Counted from the first letter of the stretch, positions 1-9,334 are shown. The stretch is 43,567 nucleotides of DNA from an uncultured Holophagaceae bacterium (GCA_903890595.1 CAITBU010000053.1:1-43567), one strand, 5' to 3'. The notes: generated from the letters alone by a model not told the origin. Program-made: numbers and translations.

Positions 1-2
1 AG

Positions 3-1334
3 GCTGCCGCGATAGTTCACCTGGGAGAGATCCCGGGTGGCGGGCTGATCTCCGGAGATCGTGGGATCCACGCCGGGATTGGACGTGGAGGTGGCGTTGT
101 CGTAGCGCTGCTGGATATAGGTGTTGCGGGAGTAGCCAAATTCCAACTGCTGGGTGGGGCCAATCTGCCAGAAGAGCTTGTACTGGTTGAAGTCGTCGGT
201 CGCAGGCCCATCAATCTGGGTTGAGATGGTGGGGGTCGCCGAGTTCACCCCCCAGCTATAGGCGGCCAGAGGGTTTCCGGTGAGGGCCGTGGTGCCAACC
301 GTCGCGGGGATGTAGGTCCGATAGTTCGTCGGATTGCTGCCCAACAAGTTGGTGGGCGGTCCGTAGTTGTTGATGAGGGTTCGGCTGGGCGTGATCCGCT
401 TGCCATAGCTGAAGGTCAGGCGGTCCTTGATGATGGGCCCCAGGATGGAGATCTCCCAGGTTTTGCTCATGTCGTCCGAGTTGACCGTCGACGGGGTCAG
501 GGCGTAGGGACTGCCATTGGTCGAACCACTCATCGGGGAGTTGAAGCGGTTGCCCGCCGTATTGGGATAGGCGCTCCAGTCGGCACGCGATAACCGGGCC
601 CGAATCGAACCAGAGAAGTTGTTGCTGCCCGTCTTGGTCACCACATTGACGATACCGGCGGAGGTATGGCCGTACTTGGCGTTCACGGGACTCTGGATGA
701 TTGCGATGTCCTCGATGAGATCGTCCAGGATCCAGGCGCTGCTGCTGCCCTGACCCGTGGCGGGATCTCGGACCACGATGCCATTGACGGTGTACTGGGC
801 CGAGCCCGCGATGCCCCCGCGGATAACGGCGTAGTCGGTGGTACCGGTAACGCCCGGCGCGATGGTCAGGGCGCCCAGTGCATTGATGCTGCCCCCCATG
901 GGGAGGGTCTGCAGCTCGTCAAACGTCAGGGTGGTAGCTGTCTTTGTGTCGGTCTTATCCAGCGCCGCAGACGTGCTGGTCACTTCTACCACTGCCCCCG
1001 TGGTTTCCACAGGGCGAAGCCGAAGGTCCTGACGAAGGGTCTGGCCTGCGGCCAGGCTGAACAGGGCCTTGGAGCCAATGAAATTAGCCTTGGTGACATT
1101 CAGCTGATAGCTGCCGGGTAGTAGCAGCGGCAACCGGTATTCCCCCTTGTCGTCGGTCGTGACGATACGGCCGCCCAGAAGGGCCTCCCCGGCGAGCGAG
1201 ACGAGGGCCCCCGTTATGGGTTTACCACTGGGATCGGTCACCGATCCACGGACTGTGCCCACGCTCTCCTGGCCGGAGAGCACGGTTCCCACGATCATCG
1301 CGCCCAGTAGTGTGAGTCGATTCAAGTGCTTCAT
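3..1334 (-). CDS. TonB-dependent receptor, Oar-like, with N-terminal carboxypeptidase-regulatory-like domain (runs off left edge; C-terminus missing)
   Basis: Hand translation of an open minus frame absent from the ORF track: ATG at 1334 with AGGAG upstream; MKHLNRLTLLGAMIVGTVLSGQESVGTVRGSVTDPSG...GEYRLPLLLPGSYQL; plug motif AKYGHTSAGIVNVVTKTGSNNFSGS; WEISILGPIIKDRL. Confidence 0.9.
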   Translation of the reverse strand, partial: MKHLNRLTLLGAMIVGTVLSGQESVGTVRGSVTDPSGKPITGALVSLAGEALLGGRIVTTDDKGEYRLPLLLPGSYQLNVTKANFIGSKALFSLAAGQTLRQDLRLRPVETTGAVVEVTSTSAALDKTDTKTATTLTFDELQTLPMGGSINALGALTIAPGVTGTTDYAVIRGGIAGSAQYTVNGIVVRDPATGQGSSSAWILDDLIEDIAIIQSPVNAKYGHTSAGIVNVVTKTGSNNFSGSIRARLSRADWSAYPNTAGNRFNSPMSGSTNGSPYALTPSTVNSDDMSKTWEISILGPIIKDRLTFSYGKRITPSRTLINNYGPPTNLLGSNPTNYRTYIPATVGTTALTGNPLAAYSWGVNSATPTISTQIDGPATDDFNQYKLFWQIGPTQQLEFGYSRNTYIQQRYDNATSTSNPGVDPTISGDQPATRDLSQVNYRGS

Positions 1335-1374
1335 CTGAAAATCTCCTCGTGCATTCCTGCTGTCATCAAGAGGG

Positions 1375-2145
1375 CTAGAAGTTGAAGCCGGCGCTGAATT
1401 CGAGAACCACCTTGGTGCGGTTTCTCAGCTCAGTGGTTGCCGCCTGCCCGGTGTAGCTGAAGGGCAGGTAGTTGACCTCCTTGAACCCAAGGAGGCTGAG
1501 GTTGGCTTCGAGGAAGAAGACCCTCGTGGCGTCGTAGCGAAGCCCAGCGAAGGCACCAGGAGTGATGCTGTTCTTAACGGGCTGGATGAAGAAATTCTCG
1601 GAGCCCAAAACCGTTGGCGTGGTGACATTCCGGTTGACCACGACATTGATGCCCCCCGACACATCCTGTTGGGAGCGCAACAGGCTCAGGTGGATGCCGG
1701 CGTGAGCAGAGAGGCCTTCCTGCCAGAAGGGAGCACGGTAGCCCAGGTTGAGCGTGAGGCTCTCGAGGTTGTTCCGCCGGATGTCCACCGAATCGTACCT
1801 GCCATCGGCCTTGGGGAGCCCATCGGGGCCGAGTACGTAGCGTGTTATCTGGCCCGTGACCACTTGCCCCAGGCTATCCAAGGCATAGCCTTGCCCAAAC
1901 CGGGTGCCGTCATAACTCGTGTTGCGGAACACGCGATAGTCGGCGCCCAGGAAGACCTTGCCCCGACGGAAGGGCATGGCCAGCTCGGCGCCCATGAGAA
2001 GGTCGTAGCGGGAGCGGCTCTCCCCGGGATCCCCAATGAATCGCCCTGGTCCAAGTTTAAAGCTCAAATCCAGGTCTTGCGCCGTGCTTGGGACGGCCAA
2101 TGCGAGCAGGAATAACGCAGAAACAAGTCTGTTCCGGGTGTGCAT
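1375..2145 (-). CDS. Outer-membrane beta-barrel protein
   Basis: Signal peptide (LFLLALAVPSTA|Q), alternating amphipathic strands, C-terminal ...SAGFNF typical BAM signal; GGAGG RBS; 40 bp upstream of the TBDR on the same strand. Confidence 0.75.
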   Translation of the reverse strand: MHTRNRLVSALFLLALAVPSTAQDLDLSFKLGPGRFIGDPGESRSRYDLLMGAELAMPFRRGKVFLGADYRVFRNTSYDGTRFGQGYALDSLGQVVTGQITRYVLGPDGLPKADGRYDSVDIRRNNLESLTLNLGYRAPFWQEGLSAHAGIHLSLLRSQQDVSGGINVVVNRNVTTPTVLGSENFFIQPVKNSITPGAFAGLRYDATRVFFLEANLSLLGFKEVNYLPFSYTGQAATTELRNRTKVVLEFSAGFNF

Positions 2146-2204
2146 TGTGTCCCTCCGAAATGTGGATGTAAGTGGTTACTCGGCCGTGCATTCGTAGGTA
2201 TCAG

Positions 2205-2243
2205 AGTGTGTGTCTGGGTTCGGTTAAAGCCTGTTAAATTTTC
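2205..2243 (-). promoter_or_regulatory. Tandem direct-repeat box plus -10-like hexamer, copy 1 (upstream of beta-barrel/TBDR genes)
   Basis: Minus strand GAAAATTTAACAGGCTTTAACCG-N10-CACACT; TTAAC repeats 10 bp apart; same architecture at 9296-9334 and 11123-11160. Confidence 0.75.
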
Positions 2244-2289
2244 CTGAGCCCACACTTTCGTGGGCCGGCAGAGCAGAGGAGCGCCCACC

Positions 2290-2979
2290 ATGTACCGGAT
2301 CCTGATCGTGGATGACGATCAGAACCTGCGAGCCGTCCTGGAAAAGGCCCTTAAGAAGGCGGGCCTGATACCGGTCGTCGCGGAAAACGGTGCCATCGCC
2401 CTGGAACTGCACCGAGCCGAGCCTGCCGATCTTCTGCTCCTGGACCTCATGATGCCCACCATGGACGGGTTCCAGGTGCTGAAGGCCCTGCGTCCCCGGG
2501 ACGAAGTCCCCGTGCTCATGCTCACCGCCGAGGGACAAGAACAGAAGCGCGTGGAAGGCTTCCGACTGGGCGCCGACGACTACCTGGTGAAACCCTTCAG
2601 CATTGAGGAACTGCTGGGGAGGATCCGAGCCATCCTGAAGCGCTCTGCCCGCTACAAGGAGGTCAAGTCACTCTGCTCCGGCCCCTTCGAGTTGGATCGC
2701 ATGCACAAGTGCCTCCTGAGGGAGGGGGAGTCGGTGGGGCTGTCTCCGGTGGAATACCACATCCTAGAAGCACTTATGGCGCATGCCGGGCAGTCCCTCA
2801 CCCGCCTGGATGTGCTCAGGCTCGCCTGGACAACTGATTCCCGGCCGTCCCCGCGCACCGTGGATGTGCACATGGTCAGCCTGCGTCGCAAGCTCATCCT
2901 GGAAGGCGATCCCAGATGGATCCTGACCTCCGGAATCCACGGCTACTGCTGGACCAGCCCCATCCAGGAGAAGGCCTGA
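2290..2979 (+). CDS. OmpR/PhoB-family response regulator
   Basis: Receiver motifs ILIVDDD, LLLLDLMMP, LMLTA, YLVKPF; winged-helix RTVDVHMVSLRRKL; ATG 2290 preceded by GAGGAG. Confidence 0.93.
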   Translation: MYRILIVDDDQNLRAVLEKALKKAGLIPVVAENGAIALELHRAEPADLLLLDLMMPTMDGFQVLKALRPRDEVPVLMLTAEGQEQKRVEGFRLGADDYLVKPFSIEELLGRIRAILKRSARYKEVKSLCSGPFELDRMHKCLLREGESVGLSPVEYHILEALMAHAGQSLTRLDVLRLAWTTDSRPSPRTVDVHMVSLRRKLILEGDPRWILTSGIHGYCWTSPIQEKA

Positions 2980-2984
2980 CCCAG

Positions 2985-5900
2985 TCAGGGGGCCTCGCGG
3001 AAGTGAATGCGGAAAGTGGACCCTTCTCCCACGGTGCTCTCCAGTTCGAGCCGGGCACCCATGGCATCGAGTATGGTCTTCACGATGCTCAGGCCCAGCC
3101 CTGTGCTGCTCTCGCCCGCAGTCGGCTGTGCCGATAACCGGTTGAAGCGGCCGAAGACCTGAGCCTGGTCGTGGGCGGTGAAACCAGGCCCCTGGTCGCT
3201 CACCTCGATGATCCCTGGCTTGAGGACCACGCGGATGACCCGGGTGGGCGGCCCCGGCGCGGTGAACTTCACGGCGTTGGAGATGAGGTTATCCAGCACC
3301 TCCCTGAGGAAGAAGGGATCCACCCAGAGTGGCGGCAGGGTCTCTTCAGCAAGCACTTCCAGCAGGATGTCCTTGGTTGCGGCCCGGTGGAAGTAGGGCT
3401 CCACCAGCGAAGCCACCAGGGCTCGAGGGTCTACGGAGCCCATTTGAAGATCGAGCTCACCGGCCTCGACATGAGAGCTGTCCAGCAGGCGCCGGATCAT
3501 CTCCTCCATCTCGCGCGAGATCCGGAGGATTTCCCGGGAACCTTCGTCCAGCTCTCGAAGGTCGACCTCGCCCCCGAGGAGTTCCGCATGGAGCTGAATG
3601 GTGTGCAGCGGATTCCGGAGATCGTGGGCGACGATGCCCAGCAAGTGGCTCTTATCTTCGTTCATCTGCGTCAAGCGCAGGTTCACCCGCTCGAGGATCT
3701 CGGCCTTTCTGCGGATTTCCCCGGTGGCTTCATCCACCTTGATCTGCAGCTCGGCGTTCCGACGTTTAAGCCCCTGGAAGCGCAACCGCATCGCCCCCGC
3801 CAACAACCCCAGGGGCAGCATCCAGGCCAGGGCCCGCACCCAGAGACGCTCCCACCAGGCCGGCAGGACCTGAAGGGGCAGGACCGACTCAGGACCCCAG
3901 GGTCCACCCTTCCTGCGGCTTCGCACCTGGAACGTGTAGAACCCCGGAGCCAAGGCCGGATAGCGCGCACTGCGCCCCTGGGCGGTCTGCCAGTCCTGCT
4001 CGAGCCCGAGGAGTCGCACCTGATGCTCGACCTGGCTCTCGTTCAGGAAGGTCAGCGCAGAGATCTGAAACTCGAGCGTGTTCTGGTCCCTCGGAATATC
4101 CAGGCAAACAGTCAGATCGACAGGCCGAGGGTTTCCCGAGGCAAACAGTTCGCGGACAGTGCTCCTGAGGGGGGGGAGCCGGAGGGATCCTGTCTGGGGA
4201 TGAAAATGACTCAGACCCATGTTGCTGCCGATCCAGATGCCCCCATCGGCGTCGGCCAGAAAGGAACTGGCATCGCAGTCATCGCCCGCCAATCCGTCCT
4301 CAGTCGTGAGTGATTCCAGGCGACCCCCGTCCAACACCGAGACCCCCGTCCCGGTACCCAGCCAGAGTCGACCCGCAACATCCACACCCAGCATGTAGAC
4401 GTGATTTCCCACCAGCCCAGCGCTCTTGTCGAGGTGCTTGGTGATCTCGAAGCGTCCGTCTTTGATGTGGAGAATGGAAACGCCCAGTCCCTCGCGGTAG
4501 GCCACCACGATGCGATCATCCGGGAGCACGACGAGCTGGTAAAGGGCGTCATCCAAGAGCCCATCCTGGCGTGTGTAGCGGTGCCACTTCCCATGGTCCA
4601 GTACCGTCAGCCCATGCGTTCCCGCAACCAGGATCCGCCCTTGAGAGTCCTGGGCGATGCTGAACATGTCCTCGTCAGGAAGGCCCACAGGCAGCGCCAC
4701 GGACTCGAATCGCCACTTGGAGCCCGTCTTCCGCCCCCGGGAAAGACCACCGCCCTGCTGAGCGAGCCAGAGGTCCCCCTGTCTATCCAGGACCATTCCG
4801 AAGACCCCTTTGGCGTGGAAACCCGAGGCTGGTCCATGCGCTTCCAAGCGTCCGGTCCGTGGGGTGTAGCGAAGGGGATAGCCATTCCTCTGGCCGATCC
4901 AAACATCTCCATCAGGGGTGGAGGCGATGCACCGCGTGCTCCTCCCTTCCGTTCCGGGAAGCACTTCCCATCCCTGTGGCGTGGCCCGGCAGGCCCCACT
5001 CTGGGTGCCCACCCAAAGTGTCCCCTCTGGCGTGCGGTGGATGCCCAACATGAGGTTGCTGGGAAAGCCGTCTGCGGTGGAATAGATCTGGAACGCGCCG
5101 CCACCCAGCACCCGGGAGAGAGGTCGCGTCCCAATCCAAAGCGAACCCTCCTGGTCCACAAAGGCGCAGTAGGGTGAGTCAGCCTTGATGAACCTGGTGA
5201 TCCTGGGTGTCCCGTCTCCTCGCAACACGTGGAGGCCTTGGTTGGAATTCACGATCAGGGCGCCAGAAGGGTCCCGACAGAAGGCCGGTGTGCGCGCCGG
5301 AGGCAGGAGTCCAGCGTGGTCGGTAAAGCGGGAGGCACCGGCCACCAGGGAAAAGAGGGTCTGAGGCGTTCGCACCCAGAGCGCGGCCGTGCTATCCACC
5401 TCCATGACGGTGGTCTCGGAGAGCGTGAGGCCCTGCTCCTTCCCGAAGGATTGGTGGAGGCCTTCGGTGGACATGGCGTGGATGGCTTTTTGCCCGGTGA
5501 CCCAAATCCGCTGCCCGCCTTTGGCCGCCGCCAGGCCGGTCGCGGGCCCGCCGGGCCAACCGGGTGCAGGCAAAAAGTGGTGCCCATCAGTGCTCAGGAA
5601 AAGACCTTCCAGGGTGGCTACCCAGATGTGGCCACCCGCGCCTTGCGCGATGCCCCGGAAACCCGACTGTGGGAGGCCCTGGCCGGGACCGTAGGGCTCA
5701 AAGCGCCCCTGGCGGTAGCGCACCAGGCCCCGCAGGGTCGTTCCCACCCACAGACTGCCGTCTGCAGTCACCAGCAGTGCGGAGATGTTCGTGGCGGGCA
5801 GACCTTCCTCGAGTCCGAACTTGCGGAAGCGCACGCCATCGTAGCGGTAGAGGCCGCTCTGGGTACCCACCCAAAGGTAGCCGTCCCTGTCCTGGGCAAG

Positions 5901-6047
5901 GGCGCCGGTATTCAGGCTGGTTAGCCCATCCTTGGTCCCATAGACCCGGAGGGGAACCCGGCCTGAAGGAGCTGCGGGAACGCTGGGCTCTGCCTGGGCT
6001 GGGCCAAGCGCCAAGGCCACCGCCAGAAGCATTGTCCGTAGGTTCAT
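2985..6047 (-). CDS. Sensor histidine kinase with periplasmic beta-propeller (Reg_prop) repeats and Y_Y_Y domain
   Basis: Signal peptide, repeated DxxGxLWVGT and DGL motifs, Y_Y_Y-like RYPALAPGFYTFQVR, PAWWER-TM, H-box AHDLRNPL, N-box NLISNAVKF, DQGPG, STGLGL, GEGSTF. Confidence 0.92.
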   Translation of the reverse strand: MNLRTMLLAVALALGPAQAEPSVPAAPSGRVPLRVYGTKDGLTSLNTGALAQDRDGYLWVGTQSGLYRYDGVRFRKFGLEEGLPATNISALLVTADGSLWVGTTLRGLVRYRQGRFEPYGPGQGLPQSGFRGIAQGAGGHIWVATLEGLFLSTDGHHFLPAPGWPGGPATGLAAAKGGQRIWVTGQKAIHAMSTEGLHQSFGKEQGLTLSETTVMEVDSTAALWVRTPQTLFSLVAGASRFTDHAGLLPPARTPAFCRDPSGALIVNSNQGLHVLRGDGTPRITRFIKADSPYCAFVDQEGSLWIGTRPLSRVLGGGAFQIYSTADGFPSNLMLGIHRTPEGTLWVGTQSGACRATPQGWEVLPGTEGRSTRCIASTPDGDVWIGQRNGYPLRYTPRTGRLEAHGPASGFHAKGVFGMVLDRQGDLWLAQQGGGLSRGRKTGSKWRFESVALPVGLPDEDMFSIAQDSQGRILVAGTHGLTVLDHGKWHRYTRQDGLLDDALYQLVVLPDDRIVVAYREGLGVSILHIKDGRFEITKHLDKSAGLVGNHVYMLGVDVAGRLWLGTGTGVSVLDGGRLESLTTEDGLAGDDCDASSFLADADGGIWIGSNMGLSHFHPQTGSLRLPPLRSTVRELFASGNPRPVDLTVCLDIPRDQNTLEFQISALTFLNESQVEHQVRLLGLEQDWQTAQGRSARYPALAPGFYTFQVRSRRKGGPWGPESVLPLQVLPAWWERLWVRALAWMLPLGLLAGAMRLRFQGLKRRNAELQIKVDEATGEIRRKAEILERVNLRLTQMNEDKSHLLGIVAHDLRNPLHTIQLHAELLGGEVDLRELDEGSREILRISREMEEMIRRLLDSSHVEAGELDLQMGSVDPRALVASLVEPYFHRAATKDILLEVLAEETLPPLWVDPFFLREVLDNLISNAVKFTAPGPPTRVIRVVLKPGIIEVSDQGPGFTAHDQAQVFGRFNRLSAQPTAGESSTGLGLSIVKTILDAMGARLELESTVGEGSTFRIHFREAP

Positions 6048-6091
6048 ATACCGCTAGTTTGCACGCAATTGGCCGAAGAAGTTGCGTGCTA

Positions 6092-7402
6092 TTACAGGGC
6101 GGGCTCTTCCGAAGGCAAGGCTTCGGTTTCGGTGCCGAAGACACCCTCCCACTTGGCGATCACCACCGAGGCCAACCCATTGCCAATAACGTTGATCGTG
6201 GTCCGGGCCATGTCCATGATTTCGTCCACCGCGAGCAGCATGGCGATGCCAGCCTCGCCGGGCAGACCAAAGGATCCGCAGGTGCCTGCGATGATCACCA
6301 AGGTGGCCCGAGGCACGCCCGCCACACCCTTGGATGTGAGCATGAAGGTGAAGACCATGAGGAGCTGACTCCCCAGGCTCATGTGGATGCCCGCCGCCTG
6401 GGCGATGGTGAGGCTGGCGAGCACCAGATACAGGGTGCTGCCATCCAAGTTGAAGCTGTAGCCGGTGGGAATCACAAAGCTAGCTACGCGCCTGGGCACG
6501 CCAAAGCGCACGGTCTCCTCCAGGAGCTTGGGGAGGGCCGCCTCGCTGGAGGCTGTAGAGAAGGCCGTGATCGCCGGCTCCTTGATGGCCTTCAGGAAGG
6601 CGAAGACCTTCACGCGGCAGATCAGCATCACCGGCACAAAGACCAGGACGAAGAGACAGATCAGGGCGAAGTAGAGGCTGCCCACCAGCAGGGAGTACTG
6701 CTTGAGCAACTGGAACACCGCCGGCCAGCCTGCCATCGTCTGGCCGTTGACGGTGTGACCAGCGGCCATGGAGCTCACGTTGTAGGCCATGGCGCCAAAC
6801 ACGCCGAGAGGCGTAAGGGTCATCACCATGTCCGTGTACTTGAACATGGTCTGGGCCACGCCATCGAAGAAGGCAAGCACGGGCTTCCCGCGTTCGCCCA
6901 CATGGGTGAGGGCGATGCCGAAGAGGCTGGCGAAGATCACCACGGGCAGGATGTCGCCTTCCGCCGCGTGCTGGACCAGGTTCGAAGGAAAGAGATGCAG
7001 GGCGATCTCCCAGCCCGTCTTCGCCTTGACGGCCGCCACGGCGGTGTGGGCCGAGAGATCCAGCGGGAGGTGGGCGCCGGGCTTCAGCCAGTTCGCGATG
7101 GCGAGCCCAAGGAAAAGGGCAAAGGTTGTGACGACCTCGAAATAGAGCAGCGCCTTGCCGCCCATCCGTCCTACGGCCTTGATATCCCCCGTCTGGGCAA
7201 TGCCCACAACGATCGTGCTGAAGAGCAGGGGTACGATGAGGCCCTTGATGAGGGAGATGAAGGCCTTGGAGAGGAAGCGAAAGAGGTTGTAGGCCTGCGG
7301 GAACTCGTTTCGGGGCAGAGAGCCGCCGAGGACCACCCCCATGGCGAGACCAAAAAAAATCCAGAAGGTGCTCGAGCGATAGAAGGGTCTCTTGGGGGCC
7401 AT
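6092..7402 (-). CDS. Dicarboxylate/amino acid:cation symporter (GltP/DctA family)
   Basis: FSTASSEAALP and GYSFNLDGS motifs, SKGVAGVPRA, DMARTTINVIGN; start placed at ATG 7402 after GGAG. Confidence 0.93.
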   Translation of the reverse strand: MAPKRPFYRSSTFWIFFGLAMGVVLGGSLPRNEFPQAYNLFRFLSKAFISLIKGLIVPLLFSTIVVGIAQTGDIKAVGRMGGKALLYFEVVTTFALFLGLAIANWLKPGAHLPLDLSAHTAVAAVKAKTGWEIALHLFPSNLVQHAAEGDILPVVIFASLFGIALTHVGERGKPVLAFFDGVAQTMFKYTDMVMTLTPLGVFGAMAYNVSSMAAGHTVNGQTMAGWPAVFQLLKQYSLLVGSLYFALICLFVLVFVPVMLICRVKVFAFLKAIKEPAITAFSTASSEAALPKLLEETVRFGVPRRVASFVIPTGYSFNLDGSTLYLVLASLTIAQAAGIHMSLGSQLLMVFTFMLTSKGVAGVPRATLVIIAGTCGSFGLPGEAGIAMLLAVDEIMDMARTTINVIGNGLASVVIAKWEGVFGTETEALPSEEPAL

Positions 7403-7506
7403 GAGATACAACTCCAAAGCCCACGGTTGATCAACGCGCGAACCTGGGCGAACTCGCGCTCATCCTGCCTGGATCCAGCCGTGGCTCAGGTGCTGACTGA
7501 AATGGA

Positions 7507-7534
7507 GAACAGCCCCATTAGCCCGGGGCTGTTC
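7507..7534 (-). terminator. Stem-loop downstream of the Ig-repeat gene, possible weak intrinsic terminator
   Basis: GAACAGCCCC-N8-GGGGCTGTTC perfect 10-bp inverted repeat 20 bp after the stop; only a weak U-rich tail (TCCATTT) on the minus strand. Confidence 0.55.
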
Positions 7535-7554
7535 CCCTGCGGTCTGCTTGAAAG

Positions 7555-9105
7555 CTACTTGACCCAACCCTTGACCTGGAAGGGGAGCCCTTGAGGAGCC
7601 TTGGCTGTGCCGCCATCCACCCAGGCTGTCCAGGCGCTGCTCAGGATGCGAATCGCGTTACCCGTGGCGGCTGATCCGATAACCACCCGAGGCACCATGT
7701 AGACGCCGCTGGTATGGCCACCCCGGTATTCCACCCAATAGGTGCCCTGGGGCAGGGCAATGCCAAGTCCCTTGCAGCTGATGTTGTACAGGGAGCGCGT
7801 GCCGTCCGTGGCAATGGTGGTGTCGTTGGTCCGGTAGCCGATCCAGGTGACGGTCGTGGTCCGGTTGGTCGTTGTATCCCCCCAAATCACGGCACTTCCC
7901 GTGACATTGGGTGGTCCATTCCAGATCTGGATGTTGCAGGTGAAGGCCGGTGGCGTCGTGATGGAGCCGCCGGTGAGATAGAGGGAGAAGACGGCCTCAT
8001 CTACCTGCCAGCCAGTGGCATCCGTCACGGTAAAGTCATCTGCGACGGAGAACCCGTTGCCCAGCGCTGCCGTTCCCCCGTTCCCCTGAGTCGTCAAGCC
8101 CAGGGTTGTCTGCACCGCGGAAACACCCGCGCCGCCAACCCCAGCGCCGGGGTGGGAGATGAAGCTGTCCTCCACGAGCGCGATGGGATTCCCCACAGTC
8201 AGCTTCGCCTGACGGGTCGTGACATAGCCGGCGGTGTTGGTGACATCGACCTTGTAGAGCTTCCCGGTGTCACCGGTGACGGTGGCGGCCGTCGTGTAAC
8301 TGGCACTGGTGGCACCCGTGATGAGGGTGGTGCCGAGATACCACTTGTAGGTTGGGGCAGGCGTCCCGGTCGCTACGACCGTGAAGGTTGCTGTGGCACC
8401 GGGCAGAACAAAGGCATCGGAGGGCTGGGTGGTGATTGTCGGCTTAACTGCGTAGGTGATGTCCACCACGGACAGGACAGCCTCCAGGCTGGTCACGGTA
8501 CCGACGCTGTTCACGACATTTACGGTGTAGATGTTTCCGGTATCCGAAACCGCCGCGGCGGTATTCGTGTAAGAGGCGCTGGTGGCGCCCGTGATGTTCG
8601 TGCTGTTCTTCTTCCACTGGTAGGTGGGCGTGGGCTTGCCTGTGGCCACCACCGTGAAGGTGGCTGGCGAACCCGAGTTCACAGTGACGGACCGAGGCTG
8701 GGTGGTGATCTCAGGCAGGGAATTCACGGTGAGTGTGGCGGCAGTCGAAGTCACGGAAGCGACTGGATTGGAGACGGTGACGGTGTAGCTGCCCTCATCG
8801 GTGGACTGGGCGCTGGTTACCGCGTAGCTGCTGGCGTTCGCACCCGTAATGGCGATGCCGCTTTTGAACCACTGGTAGTTCAGCGGCGTCCCGGTGGCAG
8901 TCACCACCGTAAGGGTGGCGGCGGAACCCTTGGTGACGGTCACGCTCGCAGGCTGCGTGCCAATCGTCGGGGCGATCATGAAGGGCGCTGCGGGCTGGGC
9001 ATCCGTCGCGGTGAAATTGGTGCACCCGAGCGTGATGGCCGCCATGCCGAGAGCGGCGAGCAGGGCAGTCAGCCTGATGGGCGAGGTTGCGCGGGGGGTA
9101 CGCAT
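7555..9105 (-). CDS. Lipoprotein with three immunoglobulin-like repeats and an unassigned C-terminal domain
   Basis: Lipobox ITLGC; repeats starting PTIGTQP, PEITTQP, PTITTQP each with Y(Q/K)W and YxVxVxN; ATG 9105 after GGAGG. Confidence 0.85.
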   Translation of the reverse strand: MRTPRATSPIRLTALLAALGMAAITLGCTNFTATDAQPAAPFMIAPTIGTQPASVTVTKGSAATLTVVTATGTPLNYQWFKSGIAITGANASSYAVTSAQSTDEGSYTVTVSNPVASVTSTAATLTVNSLPEITTQPRSVTVNSGSPATFTVVATGKPTPTYQWKKNSTNITGATSASYTNTAAAVSDTGNIYTVNVVNSVGTVTSLEAVLSVVDITYAVKPTITTQPSDAFVLPGATATFTVVATGTPAPTYKWYLGTTLITGATSASYTTAATVTGDTGKLYKVDVTNTAGYVTTRQAKLTVGNPIALVEDSFISHPGAGVGGAGVSAVQTTLGLTTQGNGGTAALGNGFSVADDFTVTDATGWQVDEAVFSLYLTGGSITTPPAFTCNIQIWNGPPNVTGSAVIWGDTTTNRTTTVTWIGYRTNDTTIATDGTRSLYNISCKGLGIALPQGTYWVEYRGGHTSGVYMVPRVVIGSAATGNAIRILSSAWTAWVDGGTAKAPQGLPFQVKGWVK

Positions 9106-9295
9106 GGGGTGACCTCCAGGAATGATCGGCTGCGGGTGATCTCGCATTCAAGGCGCACCCTAACCAGATCGCGGGACAGTGCATGAAAGGAGCGAAGAGC
9201 ATCAGCCTGCAAAGTTCTCTGGCTGCCAGCAACCCTCTGCCTCGCAACAAGCAGGCTTCGGGATGGAATTGATTCAAAGAGACTTTCAAGGCCTG

Positions 9296-9334
9296 AGTTT
9301 GGGATAGGAGACGGTTAAATCCTGTTAAGTTTTC
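9296..9334 (-). promoter_or_regulatory. Tandem direct-repeat box plus -10-like hexamer, copy 2 (upstream of Ig-repeat lipoprotein)
   Basis: Minus strand GAAAACTTAACAGGATTTAACCG-N10-CAAACT. Confidence 0.72.

Noticed and set aside
7426-7435. Palindrome GTTGATCAAC upstream of the symporter as FNR-like site
   Set aside because: Lacks the 4-nt spacer of TTGAT-N4-ATCAA; single short occurrence could be chance
5564-7594. 676-aa plus-strand ORF over the symporter and kinase (similar long ORFs at 24429-26465, 30670-32580, 7714-9186, 37781-38989)
   Set aside because: Antisense to clearly recognisable genes; stop-poor frames expected from high GC3
8190-8980. Repeated DNA segments resembling an array
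   Set aside because: Explained by the three Ig-domain protein repeats; no CRISPR-like repeat-spacer pattern
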